A stretch of 64,000 nt of DNA from an uncultured Elusimicrobia bacterium (GCA_963702895.1 OY969767.1:2208001-2272000); one strand, 5' to 3'; positions 19,001-27,946 are shown, numbered from the stretch's first letter. Translations and numbers: made by a program. Notes: generated by a model not told the origin, from the letters alone.

Positions 19001-20014
19001 AGCCTCCCCCGGATTGTTCGGGTTGGCGGAAGAATGGCCCATTCGATTACTCTCCATCAACACATAAGTCCCGTCGCGTCCGAAATCTTCCGACAACTGC
19101 ATGCCTCGGTGACCGTATTTCCCGTTCGGCATGGGCGGATAGCCGCAGGTGCCGCCAGAAGTGTCCGGTATCCAGCCTTCGTTGTGTAGCACGTTGTTGC
19201 GGAATACGGTGAAGGCGCCGTAATTGTCAAAGAGCGCGTGCCCCGCGTACTCCAGCATATTGTCTTCGATCGTGTTGAAGTTGTTATCACCGGTATAGGG
19301 TGGGTACGACGGATTCGGCGGGTCCCCGATGCGCACCAGATCACGCCCTTCATAGCATTGGGTTGGATCATTCGCGGTGCGGTGGGCCTTGGAAAACGTA
19401 TTGTGGTGGACCCAGTTGTGGGTGCTGTAACAACTCATCACGCTCCCGCCGCTGCACCAGCTGCCGATGAAAAAGCCTTGGACAACATCCTCGCCGGTCT
19501 CGCTCCGGAAAACGCAGCGGGCGACTTCGTTATAGCTGGACGAATGGATGATCATGGCCCAGCGCGCGAGGTTGAGAAACGTGATCCCATCGACCTTGAT
19601 GTATCGATTTTTCGAAAGCACCAGACCCCAGCCGCAGTCAAGGCATCCAGTCCCTTTGATCACCGGCGTTTCACCCGGAGCGGCGGCGAAGGTAATGCGG
19701 GAATTCTTGTCCGCGCCGGAATTCGCCGGTGAAATGCCGGCCTGGCCCGGAGTGGACAATAAATACGTGCCTCCTTTGAGGTAAACCAGATCGCCCGCAA
19801 CCGCCTTGGCATTGGCGGTGGGCAGTGAACAATAGTTGCTTCCCGGATCGCTCTCGCTCTGGCAGCTCGCCCAGGAGGATGTCCCCGTTGGGCTCACCCA
19901 ATAGGTCGCCGCTCTAAGCTCACGGCTGCCCGCAAACAACAGCCCCGCGCATAAAGCGGCGCCGAACACCCAACGGGTGCCTGACCTATGAGATTGAGAT
20001 GTCAATTGGCGCAT
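16040..20014 (-). CDS. First gene of the array: secreted protein with two beta-helix modules and FlgD-Ig/T9SS-A-like CTD
   Basis: Ordinary signal peptide with no repeat leader; internal AASCSQADVQAA module; shared C-terminal domain. Confidence 0.88.
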   Translation of the reverse strand: MRQLTSQSHRSGTRWVFGAALCAGLLFAGSRELRAATYWVSPTGTSSWASCQSESDPGSNYCSLPTANAKAVAGDLVYLKGGTYLLSTPGQAGISPANSGADKNSRITFAAAPGETPVIKGTGCLDCGWGLVLSKNRYIKVDGITFLNLARWAMIIHSSSYNEVARCVFRSETGEDVVQGFFIGSWCSGGSVMSCYSTHNWVHHNTFSKAHRTANDPTQCYEGRDLVRIGDPPNPSYPPYTGDNNFNTIEDNMLEYAGHALFDNYGAFTVFRNNVLHNEGWIPDTSGGTCGYPPMPNGKYGHRGMQLSEDFGRDGTYVLMESNRMGHSSANPNNPGEAVLSLAAPKNIVRFNSIYNGQQAGLYFKYASYGKIGAGGTGSTNNRVYNNTFFHNGWTYPYMQKTQPGCSTCPGKLAGITLYSATLENVLKNNLVYDNFSYYLSLPDLYPGTLYTGLDITVDTGLNPADYPGIATIENNWTTVKGNPKFLNPSLDDPTSKTLPDLRLQSDSPAIDQGAPLTTTVGSGSNSITVKVNDALYFQDGSWGSDLARNVNFFADWIAVGSAGNRAPIASINYAANTITLKSPLSWAANAPVWLYKDSSGREVLNGTAPDMGAHEFVRPPISAASCSQADVQAAVNLAERGDTIIVPAGSCTWSNETSYGGYNRLLSLTQGIKLQGGIGGPTTITLNGPSDHGQIAYIPDATAQTHNEAFEITGFTLDGQSLSKHQGLLYVGNGSTSKVMSNIKIHHNTFQNSLHTGVVVSGPVYGVAYLNHFINVGYVIRTFGRDAVSWALVPREYGTGTNFFIEDNTIRFTQAIEGGLTDHGQGAPGYVYRYNTTDLANATGLSGLWVNHGLQSMSVSPGYSCCGYSNCSPSVAGSCNPNQDSCEQWSTIKSEYYGNKIVNSPDFSTWMAHRGSWQLMFYNSSDSSYAKPYYAQYSCDSCQSPASPAYSQHVQNSYVWANYGGGILRPMTKGLDFCADAAVGSPYTITENVDYWNHQAGFNGTVGMGCGTLAARPATCTPGVAYWATDQACTDLTGRVGTNPASPISGTLYQCTAPNTWSTSYTPYPYPHPLRTGLPPPPPPPPPPPPGGLATPTLNLPAYLPVNAEIRAGYGGSVAPAYFSWTFTQVGRTGEPVSRPTSEAPHDRRPPDVWRVRRLSGSYETSGVDVGRRTSDVGRAFGAPSASFTTASTVASLAAQNLDLGTYLVTVTAHDASGSASSPASAQVTLVSANLDQVRVYPNPWRSDRHAARSVTFDSLTIDTEIKIFTVSGHHVKTLPSSSSSVTWDLTNESGDRVASGIYVYHLKAEGGAKKTGKVVVIK
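16475..16620. repeat. Heptamer-armed hairpin (ACGTCCG / TCGGACG) with nested CCACAC..GTGTGG element, in frame
   Basis: gcgtccg acgtccg acgtgcg acgtcca ... tcggacg tcggacg. The nested part (16546-16581) resembles the reverse complement of 28070-28111. Confidence 0.75.
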
Positions 20015-20340
20015 TATTATTAAGTATGTCTCTCCTCTGTTAAGACCATATTACGAACCTGTAAGGCTACTCTGGCAACTCCGTTTCTATACCGACATTG
20101 AATGAAAGTAAAGAATAATTAAGAAATTAAACGTCTCTAAATATATGCTTGATATATAGAGGCGATTTAGTGTCCTTTTTTGCATGATTTGGACAATTGG
20201 AAGCTCATCATTTTGATCCTTTGGGCCTATCATTCCCAGGATCTCCGAAAAGACGACATGACCTATCAAGGGGCGCTTACATCTCTGTAAATACAAATCG
20301 AAACGAATTCTAGATAGTTATTCTAATTGGCCTAAAATTA

Positions 20341-20385
20341 ATAACAGGCTGTTTACCAAGATTAACAATCCTGTTACTTAGTTAC
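20341..20385. promoter_or_regulatory. Phased TAAC/GTTAC boxes in the AT-rich divergent intergenic region
   Basis: ataac-N6-tttac-N5-ttaac-N6-gttac. taacaatcctgttac resembles taacaagcctgtaac at 61508. Confidence 0.4.
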
Positions 20386-20449
20386 AGTTCAAATGAATTT
20401 TGCATGGCTGACTTCAGACTGTAACTTTCGCTCGTTACCCTCAAGTAGC

Positions 20450-23400
20450 ATGCGCTTCTTACTAAGGACGAAAGAATCGCTCCTGTGCCTTGTGCTGCTT
20501 TTGGGAGGCGTCCCCCTTTTGGCTTCGGGCCCAACCGATGCCAAGGGGCTCAAGCGGCCCGATTGGAGCCGCCGCCCCCGTACGGTCCTCTACGAACCGA
20601 GCCCGAACGCGACACCCGCTCAAAGACAAGCGCTTCGAAATGTTTTGAAACGTCACGGGCTGGCTCGAAAACGGTCATTCGCCGGCGGCAAAATGGAGCA
20701 TGCCGAAGCCCCGGTGACGATCACCCAACCCGAGGAATCAATCGCCCGCGAACTGGAAGCCACGGGGGCGGTCCTTTTTGCCGAACCCGATTATGCCCTG
20801 AGCCCCCAACAAATCCCCAATGACCCTCTCTACACGCAGCAATGGCACCATGGAGCCATCCGCTCGCCTGAAGCGTGGGACATCACGCGCGGCGCCGACA
20901 CCGTGCTTGTGGCGCTCTGCGATACGGGAGTGGATGCCCATCACCCGGATTTAGTTGAAAACCTGCAGCTGCCAGGCTTGAACAGCGCCGATCTCTCCAG
21001 CAATACCGACGACGCGGTGGGTCACGGGACCGCGGTCGCGGGCCTCTTGGGCGCTCAAGGAAACAATCTACAAGGTGTCGCTGGCGTGGCCTGGAACGTG
21101 AAGATCGTTCCGGTGCGTGTCACCAATGACACGGTCTCCGGCAGCGCCTATCTCTCGGACATCGCCGAAGGCATCCGCTGGGCAGCGGGCCAGGGTGCAA
21201 GGGTCATCAATTTAAGCTACGGCGCCGGCGGAAGCGCCACGATCGCCTCCGCGGCAGGTGAGGCGCGCCACCAGGGAGCTCTGACTTTTGTCGCGGCCGG
21301 CAATGACGGCCTCGAGATGGACATCCCGAATTACCCTTCGCTGATCCTTGTGGGCGCGACGGACCCTGCGGACAGCCGCGCGTCATGGTCCAATTACGGG
21401 AACGCGGTGGATCTGGTGGCGCCCGGGCTGAATTTAGAAACCACGCTGCGGCGCCGGCTCTACGGCCCCGTGAGCGGGACCTCCGGCGCTGCTCCGATCG
21501 CGGCCGGCGCCGCAGCCTTGATCTTATCTGCCAACCCCTCGCTCGACCCAGATCAGGTGGAAGAAGCGCTCGGGTCGACCGCCAAGGATCTCGGGGCGCC
21601 CGGCACGGACACCGTTTATGGTCAGGGACTGGTCGATGTCGGCGCTGCCGTCGCGCTGGCCAAGACCCTATCGGGCGGGATCGGAGGCTCCGGCGCTGGG
21701 GGTGGAGCGTCCGGACCGGGCTCCGGAGGCGGAGGAACGGGGTCCAATGCTGCCATCGAAGGAACGCTCGAGGTCTTGGTGGAGGAAGATTTTGTCCAAT
21801 ACGTTCGATATCGATATTTCTTGAAGACGCGATCGGAGCGTCTCGAGATACAATTTTCTCCAGGGAGTGACCTCTCCCATCTGAAGACGGGCATGAGCGT
21901 TCGATTGCGCGGTGCCGAGCGTTCGGGCAGCATGCTTTCGGTTCCCCCTATCAGTCCCTCGAACTTGGAGGTGATTTCGGCCCCCGCCATGCTCACGACC
22001 GGCGAACACAAAGTGGCGGTGCTCCTCGTCAACTTCCAAAATGACACGCGTCAGCCCTGGACGCCGACCCAAGCCTATAACACCGTGATTGTCTCCGGAG
22101 GCAATTACTACAAGAGCGCTTCTTACGATCTCACGTGGTTGACGGGGAACGTCTTTGGCTATTACACCTTGCCCATCAATGTTCCTTCCACATGCGATCC
22201 CGACCAAATTCAAAACCTTGCCGACGCTGCCGCCGCAGCGGCGGGCGTCAATCTTTCGGGATATACGCATGTGATGTATGCCTTCCCGCGAGTGAGCGCC
22301 TGCAGCTGGGCGGGTCTTGCCAGCATCGGAGGCCCCGCGTCCTGGATCAACGGGTATCTGGACACGCGGGTCGTCCCCCATGAATTAGGCCACAATTACG
22401 GGATGCGCCATTCCCACTCCACCGACTGCGGCTCTGTCCCTTACACGCCCGGTCGCAGCGGCTGCGCGCAGGATGAATACGGGGACCTCTATGCCACCAT
22501 GGGGAGCGGGTATCCTTTTGGCCACCATTTTAACGCTCCTCATAAGGAACTGATGAAATGGACCACCATCCAAAATGTCACCGCAAGCGGCGTTTACACC
22601 TTAACACCGATCAATTCGGCCGCCTCCGGCACGAAGGGCATCAAAGTGACGGCGACGGGTGCGACGTCAGAGACCTACTACTTGGAGTACAACACGCAAT
22701 TTACGAACGCCCAATATGTTCCCGGCGCGGTACTCCGTTTAGGGAAGACCGAAACGTGGCTCTTGGACATGACCCCCGGCAGCTTATCGTCGGATTTCTA
22801 CGACCCGGTCCTGCCTGTCGGCCGGTTCTACACCGAGCCGGTCCAAGGAATCACCTTTACCCCGATCCGTGCCGATGCTTCCGCGCTGCAGATTCAAATC
22901 AACTTCGAAGGGACGCCCAATACGCCCCCGACGATCAGCGTGGCGCCAGCCGCCACGCCCAATCCCGTGACCAGCACCACGACCCTTTTGTCCGTTCTGG
23001 GGGCCGATGACGGCGGGGAAGCGGGTCTCCTCTACAGCTGGTCGACGACCGGCACGCCGCCGGCCGCAGTCACCTTCACCGCCAATGGCTCGAACGCCGC
23101 CAAGAACACGACCGCGCGCTTCACGAAGGCCGGCAGCTACAGTTTCCTCGTCACGATCCGCGATCCGGGCGGCCTCACCGTCACAAGTCCTGTGAATGTC
23201 ACGGTGAACCAGACGCTCACCATCGTGACGGTGAGCCCGGCCGACGTCAGCGTACAGGTCGGCCGCACACAAACCTTTAGCGCAAGCGGCTTGGATCAAT
23301 TTGGGCAGCTCTTGTCCAGTCCCCCCACCTTTGTCTGGGCGGTTTCGGGGGGCGGGACTATTTCAACCACGGGGCTTTTCACCGCGGGCGCGGTCGCGGG

Positions 23401-24109
23401 GGGTCCTTTCACCGTGACGGCCTCCGCGGGCGGAATATCCGGCAGCGCGACGGTGCGTGTTGAAGAGATCGCGCCGCCGCCGCCTCCTCCGCCTCCCCCT
23501 CCTCCTCCGGAAGTGCTGCCGGCCCCGGTTCTGCGTCTACCCGAATACATGACCGTAGACGGCACCTTGAGCGTAGAATACGACCCGGCGCTTGCCAGCA
23601 TCAGCTTTATCTGGGAGATCGAGTGGCTGAGCGGCAGCTTAGGAGGAGCGGCCCCACGGCCTGGGGCAAGTTCTGCTCTGGGGAGAGCCTTGCGTGCCGG
23701 TTTTCGCACGACGAGCCCCGTCGCGAGCCTGGCGAGCTACCACTTGGATCCGGGCTACTATCAGATCACGGTGCAGGCCACCGATGGCGGGAGTCGGGTC
23801 TCTACGCCGGCTCAAGGCTATGTCACCTTGGTCGCGTCCAATTTGGACCATGTGCGCGCGTTTCCGAACCCCTGGCGGAGCGATCGCCATACGGGCGGCG
23901 TGACGCTCGATGGGCTCACCCTTCAGTCGACCGTCAAGATCTTTTCCGTATCGGGCCATGCGGTCAAAGAGTTGACCGTGACGGGAAGCGCTGCCTCCTG
24001 GGATCTCACCAATGACCAGGGCGAGAAAGTGGCCTCCGGCCTGTACCTCTACCTCATCCAAGATCCTCAAGGCGCGAAGAAAACGGGCCAACTCGTGATC
24101 ATCCGCTAA
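20450..24109 (+). CDS. Secreted dual protease: S8 subtilase plus metzincin (M11-like) domain, Ig-like domains and FlgD-Ig/T9SS-A-like CTD
   Basis: S8 triad motifs DTG, HGT, GTSGAAP; zinc motif HELGHNYGMRH; C-terminus FPNPW...WDLTND.GEKVASGLYLY. ATG 20450 gives a normal signal peptide (ORF open from 20393). Confidence 0.88.
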   Translation: MRFLLRTKESLLCLVLLLGGVPLLASGPTDAKGLKRPDWSRRPRTVLYEPSPNATPAQRQALRNVLKRHGLARKRSFAGGKMEHAEAPVTITQPEESIARELEATGAVLFAEPDYALSPQQIPNDPLYTQQWHHGAIRSPEAWDITRGADTVLVALCDTGVDAHHPDLVENLQLPGLNSADLSSNTDDAVGHGTAVAGLLGAQGNNLQGVAGVAWNVKIVPVRVTNDTVSGSAYLSDIAEGIRWAAGQGARVINLSYGAGGSATIASAAGEARHQGALTFVAAGNDGLEMDIPNYPSLILVGATDPADSRASWSNYGNAVDLVAPGLNLETTLRRRLYGPVSGTSGAAPIAAGAAALILSANPSLDPDQVEEALGSTAKDLGAPGTDTVYGQGLVDVGAAVALAKTLSGGIGGSGAGGGASGPGSGGGGTGSNAAIEGTLEVLVEEDFVQYVRYRYFLKTRSERLEIQFSPGSDLSHLKTGMSVRLRGAERSGSMLSVPPISPSNLEVISAPAMLTTGEHKVAVLLVNFQNDTRQPWTPTQAYNTVIVSGGNYYKSASYDLTWLTGNVFGYYTLPINVPSTCDPDQIQNLADAAAAAAGVNLSGYTHVMYAFPRVSACSWAGLASIGGPASWINGYLDTRVVPHELGHNYGMRHSHSTDCGSVPYTPGRSGCAQDEYGDLYATMGSGYPFGHHFNAPHKELMKWTTIQNVTASGVYTLTPINSAASGTKGIKVTATGATSETYYLEYNTQFTNAQYVPGAVLRLGKTETWLLDMTPGSLSSDFYDPVLPVGRFYTEPVQGITFTPIRADASALQIQINFEGTPNTPPTISVAPAATPNPVTSTTTLLSVLGADDGGEAGLLYSWSTTGTPPAAVTFTANGSNAAKNTTARFTKAGSYSFLVTIRDPGGLTVTSPVNVTVNQTLTIVTVSPADVSVQVGRTQTFSASGLDQFGQLLSSPPTFVWAVSGGGTISTTGLFTAGAVAGGPFTVTASAGGISGSATVRVEEIAPPPPPPPPPPPPEVLPAPVLRLPEYMTVDGTLSVEYDPALASISFIWEIEWLSGSLGGAAPRPGASSALGRALRAGFRTTSPVASLASYHLDPGYYQITVQATDGGSRVSTPAQGYVTLVASNLDHVRAFPNPWRSDRHTGGVTLDGLTLQSTVKIFSVSGHAVKELTVTGSAASWDLTNDQGEKVASGLYLYLIQDPQGAKKTGQLVIIR

Positions 24110-24134
24110 CCGGGAATCTTTTCTGAAAGCGGGC

Positions 24135-24334
24135 GCAAGTAAATTCTTTAATGACAAAAGGTCTCTCCTTGCCTTTGAAGTAGGCCGTGGTGCGACTAGC
24201 TATTTGAGCGTTTTTCTTACCGTCGCCTCGTCTTGATGCTTAAGCTGTACTCACACTTTTCTTCGTCCACGACGTCTGGACACTGTAATGGTTCGAGGCC
24301 GGGTCCCTTACGCTGCAGTTAAACGCGGCTTCCG
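24135..24334 (-). ncRNA. Candidate bridge/seek RNA of the IS110 element
   Basis: About 200 nt non-coding, 3' of the recombinase; contains 13 nt (24308-24320) identical to junction sequence 25457-25469. Confidence 0.6.
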
Positions 24335-25378
24335 TTAAGATTTCGCCAAGGCGACTCGACCAAATCGATACATCTTTTCCTTATACTTCCTCTTGTTCTT
24401 CAGGCATACCCACATGATCTCTGCCATCTTTCTGGCCACTGCCACAATAGCGACCGATGACAGCTTTCGAATTCTTCGTTGCTGATAAAAGGCTTTAAAG
24501 TACGGTGATACAGATACAGCCGTCCAACAGGCCTCGATTAATGCGTAGCGTAAATAGCGGTTACAAGACGGGATCAATCCTCCGTGATACGTCTTACCCC
24601 CTGAACTGTAGGTACTACACACCACGCCACAGTACGATGCAAACCGCGCAGCCGTCGGAAACCGTTCAATGGTGTCAATTTCCAAGGCCATCAGAGCACT
24701 TAAGATCTTGCCGACCCCAGGAAATGAATCGACAAGCTCGCGCAAAGGGTGATCCCTTAAAACCCGATCAATCCATTCTTCTGTCGCTCGAATTTGGACG
24801 CGAATCTCATCGAGCAATGCCATGTGGGATCTCAATAAATGCTGGTGCATCTCCGGAAGCTCCAAAGCCTTCAGCCACGCCCGGCCATGCGCTCCAAACA
24901 AGTCGCTTCGTTCGGGAACGTCAACATGAAGTCGGTCGAGTAAATCATGAACTCGATTCTTGATCACCGTTTGTCCCTTCACTAGCCATAGTCGGTGCCG
25001 CAATAGCGCTTTCTGTTCCCGCCGATCTCGACTCGGCACGTGGATTGTTGGGGTCACCCCCAAACGTAGCAGCAGGGCATGTGCCGTTGCATCGATTTTG
25101 TCTGTTTTGATAAACGAGTCGGCGATCAATCGTGATCTATAAGGATTGGCCAACACCGGATTCATCCCGAGATCTTCCAGAATGTCATAGGCAATGCCCC
25201 AGCTCCGTCCAGATTCCAATACACTTTGCACCGGTTCTCCTGGAGGAATCGCCTCTTTAACTTGTGCAAGACCTTCTCGCCGTGTGGGGACTTGACCTTC
25301 CCATACAATCTCGCCAGACTCCCTCATAGCCACAACCTGACAATACTTCTTGTGATGATCAATGCCGATGGATATCAT
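24335..25378 (-). CDS. IS110-family DEDD recombinase/transposase
   Basis: N-terminal IGIDHHK, KTDKIDA, PGVG, SYCG...YSSGGK, RYLRYALIEA, VAVARK motifs; RBS ggagg. Confidence 0.93.
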   Translation of the reverse strand: MISIGIDHHKKYCQVVAMRESGEIVWEGQVPTRREGLAQVKEAIPPGEPVQSVLESGRSWGIAYDILEDLGMNPVLANPYRSRLIADSFIKTDKIDATAHALLLRLGVTPTIHVPSRDRREQKALLRHRLWLVKGQTVIKNRVHDLLDRLHVDVPERSDLFGAHGRAWLKALELPEMHQHLLRSHMALLDEIRVQIRATEEWIDRVLRDHPLRELVDSFPGVGKILSALMALEIDTIERFPTAARFASYCGVVCSTYSSGGKTYHGGLIPSCNRYLRYALIEACWTAVSVSPYFKAFYQQRRIRKLSSVAIVAVARKMAEIMWVCLKNKRKYKEKMYRFGRVALAKS

Positions 25379-25472
25379 GATTTTGGGCCTCCTGGGGTTA
25401 TTAAGGTGTCTTTACCGACAGCCTTGTTTATAACTCTCTTGAGGCCCGCTTTCATATTACGCTGCAGTTGTC

Positions 25473-25498
25473 GTCATCCCGGTGAAAACCGGGATCCA
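25473..25498. repeat. RPE/REP-like palindrome GTCATCCCGG-N-CCGGGATCCA
   Basis: gtcatcccggtgaaaaccgggatcca; same family at 27561-27642 and 28047-28175. Confidence 0.75.
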
Positions 25499-25558
25499 GT
25501 CCATCGGATTCCAAGGTGTTACACTTGACACAGGCCCCCGCAGCCGCCAGACTTGAGC

Positions 25559-26158
25559 ATGTCCGAAAGATCACTCAAGTCCCTGTTCGCCGTCGCGCTC
25601 TTGATTCTGGTGGCGCTTTATTGGCACAGCCATCGCCCCTCTCCTGCCCGCTCCGGGCCGCTCGTCCGGGAGGTGCCGGAAATCGGCTCACCTGCCGCGC
25701 CGCCCTTTCCCTACAAGAAGCACACGATCACGCCCATCGCGTCGATCAAGTTCCGCGCGCGGGTTCTGTCCACCGAGCGCTATTACGCCGACCGTGGCGC
25801 GAAGCTCTCCCCGATGGACCTGGCCATCGGCTGGCGCGGGATGTCCGACTCGGCCTATCTCAAAGACCTCAAAATCTCGCAGTTCATGCGCTGGTACTAT
25901 TTCCGCTACAAAGAAGCGCCGCTCTCGGATGACACCATCTACCAGCAGAGCAAGAATGTCCACCTAATCCCTGCCCAGCGCCAGACGTGGAAGCGCCTGC
26001 AGTCTGTTCGTACGGGACATGTGGTCCGCGCGCGGGGCTCGCTCGTCAATATCACGGGGCCCAACGGCTTCACCTGGAACAGCCATCCCACCCTTGGCGG
26101 CTCCGGCCAGGGATCGTGCTGGCTGATGTGGGTGGAGGACGTTCAGATCGAGAATTAA
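25559..26158 (+). CDS. Hypothetical protein with an N-terminal membrane anchor
   Basis: About 200-aa ORF with hydrophobic N-terminal segment LFAVALLILVALYW. Confidence 0.75.
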   Translation: MSERSLKSLFAVALLILVALYWHSHRPSPARSGPLVREVPEIGSPAAPPFPYKKHTITPIASIKFRARVLSTERYYADRGAKLSPMDLAIGWRGMSDSAYLKDLKISQFMRWYYFRYKEAPLSDDTIYQQSKNVHLIPAQRQTWKRLQSVRTGHVVRARGSLVNITGPNGFTWNSHPTLGGSGQGSCWLMWVEDVQIEN

Positions 26159-26159
26159 A

Positions 26160-26258
26160 GTATCGGGGTAACGGAGTACCGGGGTATCGGAGTCACAACT
26201 TGTTTCTTGTGCCGTTGCGCCGTTACTCCGTTACTCCGGCACCCCGTTCCTCCGATAC
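26160..26258. repeat. Free-standing octamer-armed palindrome between convergent genes
   Basis: gtatcggg gtaacgga gtaccggg gtatcgga ... ccgttact ccgttact ccggcacc ccgttcct ccgatac; same units as the array-gene leaders. Confidence 0.85.
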
Positions 26259-26262
26259 GGAC

Positions 26263-27528
26263 TTATTGAATCTGCAGGCTGCGCATGATCTTCTCGCAGT
26301 CGACGACGTACTGCAGGTAGAGCTCGCCCGGCATCTGGCACATGAGGGCGTATCCGGCGCGCTCACGCACGAGAAGCAAGGTCCGGAACCGCATGTAGTC
26401 CCCGCCATATTGCCACAGAAGCCCGTGGCCGGCCGGATAATCCACATCACGGACGTTGGCTTCCTGGACGCCCCACTGGCGGGCGACTTGCTTGGCGAAA
26501 TCTTGGACGCCCATTTCCTCCGGCAGCCGGAAGCGCTGCAGGATTCCCCTCACTTCGGCTTCGGGCCCATTAAAAGACACCAGGGTCTGCAGTCGCCGGT
26601 TGTCGAGCTTCCACCCTTGGGGCACCTTGACCGAGAGGCCAAATGACTTGTTCTCGTAGGTGTTCCCGGTGATGATGCCGCGCTCCGGGGAATCGCCGCG
26701 GGGGAGCTTGGCCACCATGGCCTGGTATTTGTCGCGGTTGTAGCCAAGCGGCAGCCCGGATTGATTGATCGCTCCAATCCACCGGTGGGATTTCGCGCGG
26801 CGGTCCGTTGTGTCCGGGTGAGTTTTCCAATAGGGGCTGATGCGCTGGGCGGCTTGTTCCTCCTTTTCGATCTTGTCCAGGCGCTCAAAAAAGGTGTAAG
26901 AGGCTTCCGGGTCGTAGCCGGCCCGGGCGGCGTACACCACGCCGTAGCGGTCCGCCTCGATCTCGTTCTTTCGGCCATAGCCGAGGAGGTAGAGGTTTTC
27001 GTAGACGCTCGCCGCCTGGGCCAGGGCGAGTGCAGCTTCGCCGGCGCCGGCCACCATCCCTCCCACAACGCCCAGCGCGGTGAGCGTCCCCAGGAGCCCC
27101 GCGGTTTGGAGCATCTCAATGCCGTGCCAGGCGGCGATATGCGTGATTTCGTGGCCCAGCACGATCGCGAGTTCCGCCTCGTCGGCAATTTCCATCAGCA
27201 GGCCCCGCGTGACAAACACGAAGCCGCCGGGCACGGCGAAGGCGTTCAGGATATCGGTATCGAGGATTGTGAAATCATAGGGGAGGTCCGGCCGGTCGGA
27301 GGCTTTGGCCACGCGCTGGCCGATCTGGTCGAGATAAATCTGCCACTCGAGGTCTTTGTAGCTGCCATACTCCTTGACGATCTGCTCTTTGGTCTTGCGG
27401 CCGATTTCAAGTTCTGTCTTTTGGGAGATGAACTTCACCTGGCGCTGCTTCGTCACATAATTTTTGGCGCAGGCGGACAGGCCGCAGCAAAGGACAACCA
27501 GCAGCAACAGCTTGGGGGCGTTCCTCAC
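26263..27528 (-). CDS. M48-family zinc metalloprotease lipoprotein (BepA/YfgC-like)
   Basis: NAFAVPGG, HEITH, EIEAD and THP motifs; lipobox GLSAC. Start inferred at GTG 27528 because the longer ORF reads through repeats. Confidence 0.85.
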   Translation of the reverse strand: MRNAPKLLLLVVLCCGLSACAKNYVTKQRQVKFISQKTELEIGRKTKEQIVKEYGSYKDLEWQIYLDQIGQRVAKASDRPDLPYDFTILDTDILNAFAVPGGFVFVTRGLLMEIADEAELAIVLGHEITHIAAWHGIEMLQTAGLLGTLTALGVVGGMVAGAGEAALALAQAASVYENLYLLGYGRKNEIEADRYGVVYAARAGYDPEASYTFFERLDKIEKEEQAAQRISPYWKTHPDTTDRRAKSHRWIGAINQSGLPLGYNRDKYQAMVAKLPRGDSPERGIITGNTYENKSFGLSVKVPQGWKLDNRRLQTLVSFNGPEAEVRGILQRFRLPEEMGVQDFAKQVARQWGVQEANVRDVDYPAGHGLLWQYGGDYMRFRTLLLVRERAGYALMCQMPGELYLQYVVDCEKIMRSLQIQ

Positions 27529-27674
27529 AAATTCAGTCCTCACACACTCACAAACTCGGGTGTCATCCCCCCCGGCTGTAAGGGGGGGATCCATCATGTT
27601 GTCTAAGGGCACCTGTGGATCCCGGCTTTCGCCGGGATGACAGCTCAAAGAGTCTATAAGTTTGTGAGCGTCCC
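27511..27674. repeat. Nested palindrome: degenerate GGGGnCGTTCC REP-like shell around an RPE-like core (27561-27642)
   Basis: cttgggggcgttcctcacaaa...cacaaactc [tgtcatcccc...ggatcc...ggatcccggctttcgccgggatgaca] ...agtttgtgagcgtccc. Confidence 0.7.
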
Positions 27675-27685
27675 TTGTGTGTAGG

Positions 27686-27946
27686 TTAATCTTCGAGGGA
27701 GATTTCGATGCCACCCAGGCGGGACGCGACGAGGTTGTAGATATAGGCCATAAGCGCATTCACGAGGGCTCCGACCACACCATACAAAATTGGGGCGAGG
27801 ACGAGCGTCACCACACCTTCTAGGAATTTCTTATCGAGGACCGACGCGATCATAAGGACAAAGCCGACCAAAAGACCGGCAACAGCCCCCAGCACGAGCG
27901 ACATTTTGAACACCGACATCACGCCAATTGAGCTTAACGATTTCAT
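27686..27946 (-). CDS. Small two-TM membrane protein (DUF3566-like)
   Basis: RBS ggagg before ATG 27946; SIGVMSVFK...YNLVASRLGGIEI pattern. Confidence 0.75.
   Translation of the reverse strand: MKSLSSIGVMSVFKMSLVLGAVAGLLVGFVLMIASVLDKKFLEGVVTLVLAPILYGVVGALVNALMAYIYNLVASRLGGIEISLED

Larger units (their letters stand above)
24119..25458 (-). mobile_element. IS110-family element, IS1111-like
   Basis: 11-bp sub-terminal inverted repeats tgaaagcgggc (24124-24134) and gcccgctttca (25444-25454); long non-coding region downstream of the recombinase. Ends are approximate. Confidence 0.8.
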
